Below the pieces are notes generated by a model. It had not been told where the DNA came from. It saw only the letters and a program-made list of their open reading frames with translations, and searched no databases. From IMG/VR virus record IMGVR_UViG_3300045973_000169, positions 142,639 to 206,638 of that record: 64,000 bases of DNA; one strand, 5' to 3'. A program made the position numbers and the translations under genes. Within the stretch, counting starts at the first letter, position 1; every line of letters begins with the position of its first letter. Below are positions 9,514 to 19,600 of this stretch, piece after piece.

Positions 9514-12474
9514 TTATATCAAACTATATGTTGCAGTTACTGTATGTGTAGTACTTATATTAACTAAAGTTATTTCGTGTTTATTCGGATAAATTACAGG
9601 ATCAACAGGTAATGTTTGAACAACTCCATCTAAAGTAATTGATTCTATTTTATATCCACTATTAGGCTTTACTCTTATAATCGGACTACTACCCCAAAGT
9701 GGTGCAGATACTGGAACTTGTGAAATTACCCCTCCAGATGTTTGTGTTTTAGTTATTGGAAGCGGAATTCCACTAAATATAATTGCAATAATTATATTAG
9801 TTTGAATGTTTAATATATCAAAAGTAAATGGATTATAGGATGGAGTATACGTTAGCCCTGGTGCTGATAATGTCGAGATATAGTATCCAGTATCTGGAGT
9901 TACTGTGATAGTCTTATTTTCGCCTGGCGTAATACCACCAAAACCACCTGGTGTTGTCGCAGTACCTTTATGTTGTCCAATTATATTAACAGTAATACCT
10001 ACCCAGCCTTCTGATAATAAAGCCCTTTTCCATTGATTCTGAGCAGTACAAATATATAAATATGAATCTGAAATTCTTATTGAACCAGCTTTCCCATCAG
10101 ATGTAGGTGATAAAGGAATGTTATTTATTGAACTTCCAGAAATTTGGAATCCATTAACTGCATCAAGTACCATATTACATGAATTACTTACCCCATCGTC
10201 AACAGAAGTTGACATAACCGATGGTCTCATATTTATATAAGCACTTCCATCTAAACCGGTACCTAAAGCATTTGTCCCAATATCTATACTATTATCATAA
10301 GTATACATGTACGTTTGAGCTTGAGACCCATCACCAGGGAGAGTATCTGAGAAAAATCCAAGGGACCCAATCTCATTCACCATTCTATTTCTAATAAATG
10401 TATCAGATGATAAAACTTCACCAGAAGGTTTATTATTTAATTGTGTTTGAATAGATGAAGTTACTCCATCCAAAGCCGTTAACTCATTAGATGTAATTGT
10501 TGCCCCTGCTATCTTAAGCGACATAGATGGAGCTGCTAGTTCAAGATTATTGTCTTGGAACTTTACTGATGCTTCAGTTGTTATATTAGTCAAACTTGTT
10601 TCTTTTAAAGTAATAGATTCTTTTGTAGTTTCTATCTTCTTTACAGGTATTTTAGTTAATTGTTTTTCATACACACAAGATTCAGGTATGTTTTGTCCGA
10701 TCAATGTTTCATCGACAAATTGTAACGATATAAGTGTATCACTACCAATAGTTCTAACAATAAAACTCATTTTACCTGTATTGCCATATCCTGCAGGCCA
10801 TGTAACTAATATAGTGTCACCAAGAGTAAATACTTGGGTAAAGTTCGTGCCTGTACCTATTGCATTAAAGAATATATCTATAGTCCCTAATACAATTGTT
10901 CCAGTTGGTTCAAATACCTCTAATGGCTGAATAGTCAATGTATCAATAGCAACTGGGTTTAATTTATTAAGTTTTTCTCCACCAGAAGTTAGTGAATTTA
11001 ATTGGTCTGTTGTGACTAAGGTATTCCCAACTTTTAATGCTGTTATAGCAGAAGAACCTAGAGTTACAGTATTAGACCCAGCTCCTTTTGCTTGATACCC
11101 TATCACTATCTCATTAGTGGACTGATCCATCTGTGCTCTTGTAGATGTTCCAATAAAGATACTGTTATTTGATTGCACTAATGGACCTTCACCATAGGTC
11201 TCATCATCTGCACTACCATAATAGTTCCCAGAATCCTCTCCAATGGCTATTGTGTAAGTTCCATCATTATTACTTAAAGCATTGTTACCGAGAGCAATAG
11301 AGTACATACTATGCCCAGCCAAACCAGCACGATAACCAATATATGTATTGCCATACCCCGTAACTTTATCCCTAGCGACTTCAGTCCCAATGGCAATATT
11401 ATTACCATAGTTCCCACCCATAGTATATGCAAGTAAGGCACTTGTCCCGATTGCAATATTTCCTACTGGTTGAGTAGCAGTCTTTAATGAATCAGTCCCA
11501 ATAGCAATATTATTATTTGTATAATAAACAGCAGACATAATAGCATTATACCCTAATGCTATATTTCCTAGAGAGTTACTTTTAAGAGCAGTAAGGGCAC
11601 TTGTCCCGATTGCTATACATTTTGAATATCCAGAGTTTAATACGCCACCAGATAAAATCCCTGATAAGGTAGCATCACCGATTGCAATATTATCATTCTT
11701 AGCAACACTTGAGTATTTAAATGCATTATTTCCAATAGCTATATTTCTAGCACCTACAGTTAAGGCATTCCCTGCATAATTTCCAATAGCTACATTATTA
11801 GTTCCAGTTGTACGAGAAGCTAAAGCTGACTTGCCAAAGATGATATTATCGATCCCTGCTCCAGTCCCTTGTCCAATAGTAATCCCACCAAGGTTGATAT
11901 CCTTAATAAGACTAAGGACTCCAGTCCCTGAAAGTGACATTAGACTAATAGCATTACTTACTACGTTTAGGAAGTTGCCTGAATAAGTTGCCCCTTCTCC
12001 AACAATAGAAAATAGATCAGCTCCAGTTAAAGATCCAGTTGCTAGTTTAAGTATCGAGCCACTTGTTATATTATCGCCTCTTACGCTTAATACATTCCCA
12101 GATGTAACTCCAGCCCCAACAAATAATCCAGAAGTGAATCTTAACATATCCCCATAGACAGTCCCTGTAAATACAGGAGACTCTAATCCAGCAGTACCCC
12201 CTGATCCAACAGGATTACCCATGTAGTTAAGTACTCCATTATTATCACTTAGTCCATCAAGCATACCTTTATTAGTATGAGTATGATGGATAGATGCATT
12301 GGCAATATGAGCTAGTAGATCTGTCCTTAATCCTTCAGGGTCTACTGCTGCCATAATCCCATTAAATATATTAGCTAATGAAATTTTATATGTTTTATTG
12401 CTATGCCAAATAGGAAGATAATCTTGATTTATATAAGAAGATATCTCAGTAAGTCCATTAATTGTTTTATTCAT
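9514..12474 (-). CDS. Tail fibre / receptor-binding protein with YadA-like head repeats and C-terminal InlB-B-repeat-like domains (986 aa)
   Basis: About 15 N-x-A-I-G repeats, a coiled-coil 'ELTALDGVTSSIQTQLNNK', the fibre motif 'DGKAGSIRISDSYLYICTAQNQWKR', and two 'VTPDTGY / VKPNSGYKIESITLDG' modules. Confidence 0.75.
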   Translation of the reverse strand: MNKTINGLTEISSYINQDYLPIWHSNKTYKISLANIFNGIMAAVDPEGLRTDLLAHIANASIHHTHTNKGMLDGLSDNNGVLNYMGNPVGSGGTAGLESPVFTGTVYGDMLRFTSGLFVGAGVTSGNVLSVRGDNITSGSILKLATGSLTGADLFSIVGEGATYSGNFLNVVSNAISLMSLSGTGVLSLIKDINLGGITIGQGTGAGIDNIIFGKSALASRTTGTNNVAIGNYAGNALTVGARNIAIGNNAFKYSSVAKNDNIAIGDATLSGILSGGVLNSGYSKCIAIGTSALTALKSNSLGNIALGYNAIMSAVYYTNNNIAIGTDSLKTATQPVGNIAIGTSALLAYTMGGNYGNNIAIGTEVARDKVTGYGNTYIGYRAGLAGHSMYSIALGNNALSNNDGTYTIAIGEDSGNYYGSADDETYGEGPLVQSNNSIFIGTSTRAQMDQSTNEIVIGYQAKGAGSNTVTLGSSAITALKVGNTLVTTDQLNSLTSGGEKLNKLNPVAIDTLTIQPLEVFEPTGTIVLGTIDIFFNAIGTGTNFTQVFTLGDTILVTWPAGYGNTGKMSFIVRTIGSDTLISLQFVDETLIGQNIPESCVYEKQLTKIPVKKIETTKESITLKETSLTNITTEASVKFQDNNLELAAPSMSLKIAGATITSNELTALDGVTSSIQTQLNNKPSGEVLSSDTFIRNRMVNEIGSLGFFSDTLPGDGSQAQTYMYTYDNSIDIGTNALGTGLDGSAYINMRPSVMSTSVDDGVSNSCNMVLDAVNGFQISGSSINNIPLSPTSDGKAGSIRISDSYLYICTAQNQWKRALLSEGWVGITVNIIGQHKGTATTPGGFGGITPGENKTITVTPDTGYYISTLSAPGLTYTPSYNPFTFDILNIQTNIIIAIIFSGIPLPITKTQTSGGVISQVPVSAPLWGSSPIIRVKPNSGYKIESITLDGVVQTLPVDPVIYPNKHEITLVNISTTHTVTATYSLI
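11437..11613. repeat. 18-nt exact direct repeat (ggcacttgtcccgattgc) at 11437-11454 and 11596-11613 inside the fibre repeat region
   Basis: Read directly; both copies encode AIGTSA. Confidence 0.85.
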
Positions 12475-12486
12475 TGTATTCTCCCG

Positions 12487-14172
12487 TTATATAATAACAA
12501 ATGAATTGTTATCTTCATCAACCAGTTGTTCACCAATTTCATCTGCTAAGAAATCAAAATTATCACTTCTTATATTTGTTATTGTATCTGATGTTATTAT
12601 TGTATTTGTAAATTCATCATAGTTAAACGTATCAAAGATGTTTATTATCTCATATCCATTAAGTAAGATGTTTGCTTTTGTAGATAATTTAGTTAGAGTA
12701 AAGTCATTTATCCCAATATCTCCAGTAAGCGTTTGTAAGTAATTAGTATTTCTACTTGTGATATATGATGTAGAGAAACTTGAAGCATTCTCTGGTTGTC
12801 CAAATACTGGGATAGTAGTAAGATCTTTTATATATAGGTGTTCAAGAGTAGGATTACAAACATAAATTGGGCAATTACAATAATCTAATCCATAAGTTTT
12901 AAACTCGATTATTGCTTCGTCTGTATCTATGAATATATCTCTATAAGGAATAACTATTCTATTAGTTTCAATATTAGATCTATATAAGTCAAGAAGTAAA
13001 TCTGATTGGTATTCTTCACCATTAATAAAGATAGACATTGACTCTATATCATTTGTCTTACTTGATGGGAATATGTAAAATGAATATTCTTTTGCGATAC
13101 AATCATCATTATATTCTATATTTACTGACTGATAAAATGTCTTCAATGAATCTAGTTTATTACTATATTTAATAGGTATAATCAATGGGAAGCAATATAA
13201 TCTAGCTATAGATGTTGTTATATATAATAGTTTATTTGATCTATCTATAAAGTATGAATTAATATCTTCTTCTCCACCAATAGAAAGAGGGACTATTTTA
13301 AATTGCTCGTTATGGATTGGGAACTCTGTCTTATTATCTTTAACTATATTAAATATAAGATTCTTATTTGGCATATCTACTGTCATAAAAGTAGGGAAGA
13401 TCTCAAACATTTCTCTTTCTATAATGTCATTATCCCATTTCTCATACTCACCATTTATATAAGGGAAAACAAATATAGAAACTGAAGACATTGAACCTAT
13501 CATTCTTATTGTTTCTATAGATGTGAACTGTCCTTTAGATTTGTAGTCAATATATGAATTAATACTTATGTCTTCTTTTATTCTTTCACCAGTTAAACCG
13601 AATCCTTCAATTGTAATTGTAACTGTATTTGAGATCATGCTTATTGAATTAAGCCCAGAATAAGGACGAATGGTTATACTGCTTTTATTAACTGTTTTGT
13701 CTATAGTAGTTCTTATATTTGGATATAGAACAAATGATTCTTTTTCGCCTATTGTAACCAGTTTTTCAAAGAAACAATCACATGGGAAAGAATGTCTTAC
13801 AAAGTCTGTATTGTTTGGGATCTCTTTTAAGATATACTCTGATTGAGTAAACTCAGAGAATCCAATTAATGAATTATTGCATATAGTATCTGTTTGATCT
13901 TTAGTTAAAATTACGTTTGGGATATTATCTAATCTAAACCCATTGAATCTATCTATAGTAAGAAAATCAATTTCTCTTATATTGAATCTCGGCTTATAAA
14001 CTAAGTCTTCCAAGATATCCTGGGAAGTATCTATAGCAGCTCCAAGAAATCTTAATGCAGAACTTGAATCATTATTATACTTAAGTGTATTGATAAAAAT
14101 ATCAAGATACATATTATAAGTAAAGCTATCAATTGTTTTTACTGTAGTTGCTTTGTGTGGATAAATTAACAT
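12487..14172 (-). CDS. Hypothetical baseplate-region protein (561 aa)
   Basis: Long ORF between baseplate J and the fibre; ends in the acidic motif 'LADEIGEQLVDEDNN'. Confidence 0.6.
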   Translation of the reverse strand: MLIYPHKATTVKTIDSFTYNMYLDIFINTLKYNNDSSSALRFLGAAIDTSQDILEDLVYKPRFNIREIDFLTIDRFNGFRLDNIPNVILTKDQTDTICNNSLIGFSEFTQSEYILKEIPNNTDFVRHSFPCDCFFEKLVTIGEKESFVLYPNIRTTIDKTVNKSSITIRPYSGLNSISMISNTVTITIEGFGLTGERIKEDISINSYIDYKSKGQFTSIETIRMIGSMSSVSIFVFPYINGEYEKWDNDIIEREMFEIFPTFMTVDMPNKNLIFNIVKDNKTEFPIHNEQFKIVPLSIGGEEDINSYFIDRSNKLLYITTSIARLYCFPLIIPIKYSNKLDSLKTFYQSVNIEYNDDCIAKEYSFYIFPSSKTNDIESMSIFINGEEYQSDLLLDLYRSNIETNRIVIPYRDIFIDTDEAIIEFKTYGLDYCNCPIYVCNPTLEHLYIKDLTTIPVFGQPENASSFSTSYITSRNTNYLQTLTGDIGINDFTLTKLSTKANILLNGYEIINIFDTFNYDEFTNTIITSDTITNIRSDNFDFLADEIGEQLVDEDNNSFVII

Positions 14173-15365
14173 TACTTAATCCTTATAGTTATAGGATTCG
14201 CAATTGGTTCAATTACAAGCTTCTCTTGAGCAGCTAATATGATTGTTTGATTTTCTCCATTAGAGACAGGGATAGATATTGGGTACCTAAATGATTCAGT
14301 CCCAAGGTATTTATTAACTAAGTTAAAGCTAATTGAAAGAACATCATTATTTATACCTTCAATCATTCTAATTATATCTAATATATAGAAAGTATTATCA
14401 AGAAAATTATTTACATAACTTGATATTCTACTTTGGACTAATGCTATAAATGCAGTATTAGATGTATATAGTTCTGGGTTCTTCATTGTCATAGTAAGAT
14501 CTAATTGTAACCCTACATAATTAGGCTTAAGAACTTTATATTCTGCCCAAGGCGGTACAATTGTACTTATAATATCATGGACTTCATTGATTAAAGTATC
14601 TGGAGTTATTGGATTAATTGACTGGACATATATAGCAAAAGTTCCTCCGCCATTATATGATGGTACAATATCTACATATGAAACTCCAGGTACACCAGAT
14701 GCTACATTAAAGATCCCTGCAGTATTTGTAGTTGCAAATGATCTCTGTCCATTGAACAAACGATACCTATAGTTCTGATCAGTCTCATCTGGACGACCAG
14801 TTGATAGCATTGTAGGGTTAGTTATTAATAATGCTCCAGTGGTTGATTGAGCATAGTTTGTAAAGTAATGTCTATTAATAGTATTGATTGGAAGGACATC
14901 TGTCTTTCCTTGTATTAATTCTGCTGATATAAAACATTCTGAATCGTTTTTGCTTAGAGTGATTTGTACAGTAGTAGCTAATCTTACAAGAGTCCCATCT
15001 GATAATGTTCCTTCAACCATAGTCCCTTGTGGAATAAGAATACTATTCCCGTTATTAATATCACCAAATTTTCCTGATGATACATAAAATTTTAATGATT
15101 TCATTGTACTAGTAACTTCTGTAGGGAGAGCAAGTCTTTTCTCAATTCCAAAGAAAGATCCTATCGTAGCTAACTTATCACCAGTTGAATTTAATAGACT
15201 GTTATCGGTGCTATCTTTTTCTAATAGTAATTCAACCTGTAATTGTTCATAGGCTATAGATTGTAAGATTTGATATGATTTAGTACCAGGGATTACATTA
15301 GATAATCCAGTACGTTGCTCTATTGCTTTTATTAATCTATCTAATCTATTTTGGTAATCTGCCAT
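14172..15365 (-). CDS. Baseplate J-like wedge protein
   Basis: 'STGDKLATIGSFFGIEKR', 'GRPDETDQNYRYRL' and 'GVPGVSYVDIVPSYNGGGTFAIYV' are characteristic baseplate J motifs. Confidence 0.9.
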   Translation of the reverse strand: MADYQNRLDRLIKAIEQRTGLSNVIPGTKSYQILQSIAYEQLQVELLLEKDSTDNSLLNSTGDKLATIGSFFGIEKRLALPTEVTSTMKSLKFYVSSGKFGDINNGNSILIPQGTMVEGTLSDGTLVRLATTVQITLSKNDSECFISAELIQGKTDVLPINTINRHYFTNYAQSTTGALLITNPTMLSTGRPDETDQNYRYRLFNGQRSFATTNTAGIFNVASGVPGVSYVDIVPSYNGGGTFAIYVQSINPITPDTLINEVHDIISTIVPPWAEYKVLKPNYVGLQLDLTMTMKNPELYTSNTAFIALVQSRISSYVNNFLDNTFYILDIIRMIEGINNDVLSISFNLVNKYLGTESFRYPISIPVSNGENQTIILAAQEKLVIEPIANPITIRIK

Positions 15366-15367
15366 TT

Positions 15368-15766
15368 CTATCCCCTATAAATTCTTTGATTCTCTATATC
15401 AACGACTAGTTTAAATGTATCAGCGCCATCTAGTCGATTTGAGAACTTAATTATTAGATTGATATGTCTATCATTTGTTTCACTTATGAGTATTTTATAA
15501 TCATTCGGAGATAATAAGCCATTAGTCTGTAATGCATTATTGATTGCAGACATAATGTTATCTTTTGTATAGGAAGTTTTGGTTTGGAAAATGAAAGAGT
15601 CTAACCCTGCAGCAATATTATCAAGAATAAAGTCCTCATTTCTAGCGACTAATCTTCTTTCAACTGTATGCATAGTTGACTTTTGAGTACTGTCTTCTAT
15701 GATTATATCATCCAGAAGAATTATATCATCTGAATTATCTACTTTAAAATCAATTATCCCTAGCAT
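15368..15766 (-). CDS. Baseplate wedge subunit, gp25/GpW-like
   Basis: Size (132 aa), position directly before baseplate J, and the D-F...D-I-I-L...AGLDSFI...I..AL pattern. Confidence 0.7.
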   Translation of the reverse strand: MLGIIDFKVDNSDDIILLDDIIIEDSTQKSTMHTVERRLVARNEDFILDNIAAGLDSFIFQTKTSYTKDNIMSAINNALQTNGLLSPNDYKILISETNDRHINLIIKFSNRLDGADTFKLVVDIENQRIYRG

Positions 15767-15781
15767 GTTTGTTATTAACCT

Positions 15782-16183
15782 CTATCCTAAGCTTGATATT
15801 AATCCTACTATCTTTTGAATATATTTAACGTTTGGTGGCTCTTTAAAGACTAAAGTTGGGAGCGGTGTATAATTAGTACTAGGGAGACAAGTCATTAGTT
15901 TATCATTGAATATCCAGAATCCACCTATTCTTAAATCAGATGGTGGTCGACCAAGACTGATCTTCCCATCAAGAGAAGTCCCATACTCATCTACTGTAAG
16001 CCCATTGGCTTTATTCATTACAACTATACCATTAAGTGAAAGGAATATCTCAGCATCTCCACCTTCAATATTAAACTTTCTATGACCTAACTCAGCTTTC
16101 ATCTTATGTTCTGGAGCTTTGTCTTTGCTCTCATGGCTTGCCATACCAAAGCTAGACATTTCATTATTTGTAGCTATTGCCAT
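15782..16183 (-). CDS. Putative central spike (beta-strand) protein
   Basis: Short beta-repeat-like stretch 'AEIFLSLNGIVVMNKANGLTVDEYGTSLDGKISL' and a Pro-rich end 'LPSTNYTPLP'; lies between hub and gp25. Confidence 0.45.
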   Translation of the reverse strand: MAIATNNEMSSFGMASHESKDKAPEHKMKAELGHRKFNIEGGDAEIFLSLNGIVVMNKANGLTVDEYGTSLDGKISLGRPPSDLRIGGFWIFNDKLMTCLPSTNYTPLPTLVFKEPPNVKYIQKIVGLISSLG

Positions 16184-16186
16184 ATC

Positions 16187-16675
16187 TTATCCTTTTACTG
16201 CTGGTTGAACATGCGTAAACTTTTCTCTACCAGAGAAGAAGTTACAGAAGTTTTCATAGATAGATGTTACTTGGTTTTCATTATTATATTTAGTATTATC
16301 AAATCTAAACTCATAGCCACCAGCCACTGCTAGTCTTTTATTCAGCTCAAGGTCTGAGAATGGATCACATTTATCTTGGATAATACAATAAGAACTATCT
16401 TTCTTATGAGTAACATATACAATATCTTCAGCAACTAAGTTACCATGATTATTGAAATATTCTTTAGTCTTCCCAAGCATCGCCTCTGCAATTCTCTTAT
16501 CATCTTGAAGCTCAACACGATATAAGCCTTTATCTTTATCAAAGGATATAACCCTGGCCTTCTGACCAGGGTCTATCTGTTTTAATAAATCATAAACCAT
16601 ACTAAGTAAAGCAGAATTATTTTCTTGAGTTTGTAAATTCTCTCTTTGTTTCCCTGTAGATATACCTGTATCCAT
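16187..16675 (-). CDS. Putative baseplate OB-fold protein (gpV/gp5 N-terminal-like)
   Basis: 'KARVISFDKDKGLYRVEL...LVAEDIVYV' resembles the OB-fold strand pattern; directly follows the hub protein. Confidence 0.45.
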   Translation of the reverse strand: MDTGISTGKQRENLQTQENNSALLSMVYDLLKQIDPGQKARVISFDKDKGLYRVELQDDKRIAEAMLGKTKEYFNNHGNLVAEDIVYVTHKKDSSYCIIQDKCDPFSDLELNKRLAVAGGYEFRFDNTKYNNENQVTSIYENFCNFFSGREKFTHVQPAVKG

Positions 16676-16677
16676 AA

Positions 16678-19600
16678 TTAAACCTTACCTAATTCTTTTT
16701 TAAATTGCCAATAGTAACTTAGTACTGCATTTATGTGATCTGTATTTTTCATAAATTGAGGTCCATGTCCTGCATTGTATGCTGATACTGCTCTAGACAC
16801 ATCCCCATTTTCAGTTTGTATTAAATCAAATAAATACTTAACTCCATAGTCTATATTTGTTTTAGGATCAAATGGATCTTTACCATGGGTTCCATCCATA
16901 GAAGGATGAGCTTTCCCATTTATTTGCATTAAGCCTCTATCATTCTTGTCCTGTACCCCTATTGCTTTTGGGTTCCATCCACTCTCTCTTTGTATCAATC
17001 CATAGACAACTTCTGGCTCAAGTATATATTTCTTTGTTCCATTTAGTTTACTTAATGCTTCATCAACCATAGGCTTTAACTGGTTAAACATACTATCTTG
17101 TCTTACTATTTCTTCTGTGATCGAATATGATTTTAGTTTCATAGATCCACTAGGTGTTGATGCAAAAGCATTACCAGTAAATTGTATCCCTGGATCCAAT
17201 ATATCAGCAGCAAGTTTAACTGGTTCATAATCACTGAGAGAACTATATGCTTCATTAAATGCATCTTTAGCATTTATAACCATACCCTTCATATGCATCC
17301 ACATGTCATTATTTCTATAACCTTCAAGACCCGGCATTAACATAGAATCTTTAAACCAGATTGGCGAAATAACTACGATGTTTCCTTTTGTAGCAGCTTC
17401 TATTGCAAACATCTCAACTATAGATGGGAGTTCCATTACAACACTGAGAGCTAATAGCATTGATACATTCCTTGCTAATGGTCCACCTAATAATTTCTTT
17501 CCACCTTCAATAAGTTTCGATCCAACAGCTTTTGTACCAGCAGAATATTTACCACCAAATAAACCTTTAGGCTTCATCTTATTTAATAATACTTCATACT
17601 CTTTTTCTGTATTAACATTTATCTTAGTGTCTTTTAAAAGATCTTTCTGTGATTTTGATAAATCTTTCCAAGCTGTTTCTTTCTTCGCTAATATCTTTTC
17701 CATCGAAGCTATTACTTGCTTATCTACAATAGTCTCGGCGGCAAGTGCTGCATCTACTGCAGCAGCCTTAAGTTCTCTTGTGTAATCGGCGGTCTGTGTA
17801 GCCCATCTATTTAAGAAGTCAGGCACTTTCTTAGGCATTAAGTTAGATAGATATTCTCCTGGAGTTATCCTTCTGAATACAGTTTTTACTGCTCCAGCAA
17901 AAACATCAGAGAAAACATATCTTCCACTTTGAACGACTGAATTACCAGCGGCAACAAGTCCTCTTTTTGCTCCACTTGATCCAACAACTGCTGCTGTTTT
18001 ACCAGCATAAGCAAGTGCTGTATCTGCATAAACAGAATATTTCCATTCGACTACATTCTCTGCCCAGTTAAATTTATTAAGAGCATCTAGTGTATCAGTA
18101 GGTAAGCCATTGTATTTATTTACAAATGTCTCATTTTCTCTTGCTTGTGCAAAATGTTTATTTGCTTCAAGTAATCCATTAGCTACAAGTGAGAATCCTA
18201 ATGATGTCCAAGGACCTGTTGTTGCTCCAAGGACTAATGATGTAGCATCTATTGCTAATCCTGCAGCTCCTCGTTCATTCCAATAGTTACTTACCTTACC
18301 AATTATATATTTACGTCTTAAATCACCAGCAGTTGAGTAAGCTGTATCATTTATCTTACAAACCATATTAGGGACAATATGAGTAGTGAAACCCATTTCA
18401 GAATCAAACTTATGGATTACAGTTTCTACTTGAACCCAACCATACATCTTAGATACTTTATCACAAATATAAATCTTATCATAAGGTTCAATCTTCGAGT
18501 TTCCTCTAAGAATAAGTGTCCCGCCATATAGACGTTCTACTCCTTCCTTAAGTAATCCAAGTGCATATTGTTGAGATAGTCTTTCATCATTTGTCCAGTC
18601 AATAACTGCGAACTTCCTTCTTAAGGCATGATTAAATATATCTGCATTAGCAACATACTCTTCTGGCTTACCAGACCCATCAGACGATTTTGAAATTACA
18701 ACTGAATTCCATCCTCTTTCTGGAGTTGCTCTTACTCCATTATAAATTATATTATCCCATGATGTTGCTATATGATGTTTCTGGAAAGGAACCATTGGTA
18801 AGATTCCAGTAGATAAAGTCTCAGGATCTATATTCCCTAGTGTGTCTCTTCTAGGACTATAGTCCATAATAGCTTTTCTGTATCTATCATTGTTATTTCC
18901 AGACTCTCTTGTTGCATCTGATCTCTCAATAAATGAAGGAGCCATTGCAAGAAGTGGATCATCTGTTCTGAAATAATGGAAGTCGGGATCTCCTAAGAAC
19001 AATGTAGACCTAGAGCCATAAGGTCTTACATCTAAAGCATATCCAGGATAGATCCTTTGGATGTCTCTTAGCACATCCCAAACAGTCCTTTGGTTATTTG
19101 CTTTAAGTGTTACATTAGATCCAGAAGCACTTGCCCATATATCAAAAGCGAATATATTTGCATCTATGGGATTATGTCCATTCTCAAGAGTGTCAGCCAT
19201 ATGTCTAAATAATTGAGTTGTAGCTTTATCTGCATTAAATAAATCTCCACGAAGTCTACCATAAAGATTGCTAAATGTAGTCGAGAATCTTTCATTCCCT
19301 TTACATGACTCTCTGAATAAAGTCATTTTCCCAGCCTCAATCATCTTTCTACCATAATCACCTTCGGCTCCAAATGATGCATAGGCTAATGCTCCAACGC
19401 TTGTCCCGACTGCCGCTGCCGCTAAAGGAGATGCACCTATCATCCCAATAGCTGCTGCCCCAGCGAATGTTCCACCAGTGACTAATGCACTTGTACCCGT
19501 TCCAATAAGCCCAGTAATATTAGCTCTTGACATAATGAAGTTCATCAGGTTCTTATTTCTTCTGGAGAACTGTTCTATATGTGAACCAAACATTCTACCG

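Noticed and set aside
9514-12474. Diversity-generating retroelement or invertible shufflon acting on the fibre
   Set aside because: No reverse transcriptase, recombinase, template/variable repeat pair or flanking inverted repeats were seen in the window; only an 18-nt internal direct repeat.
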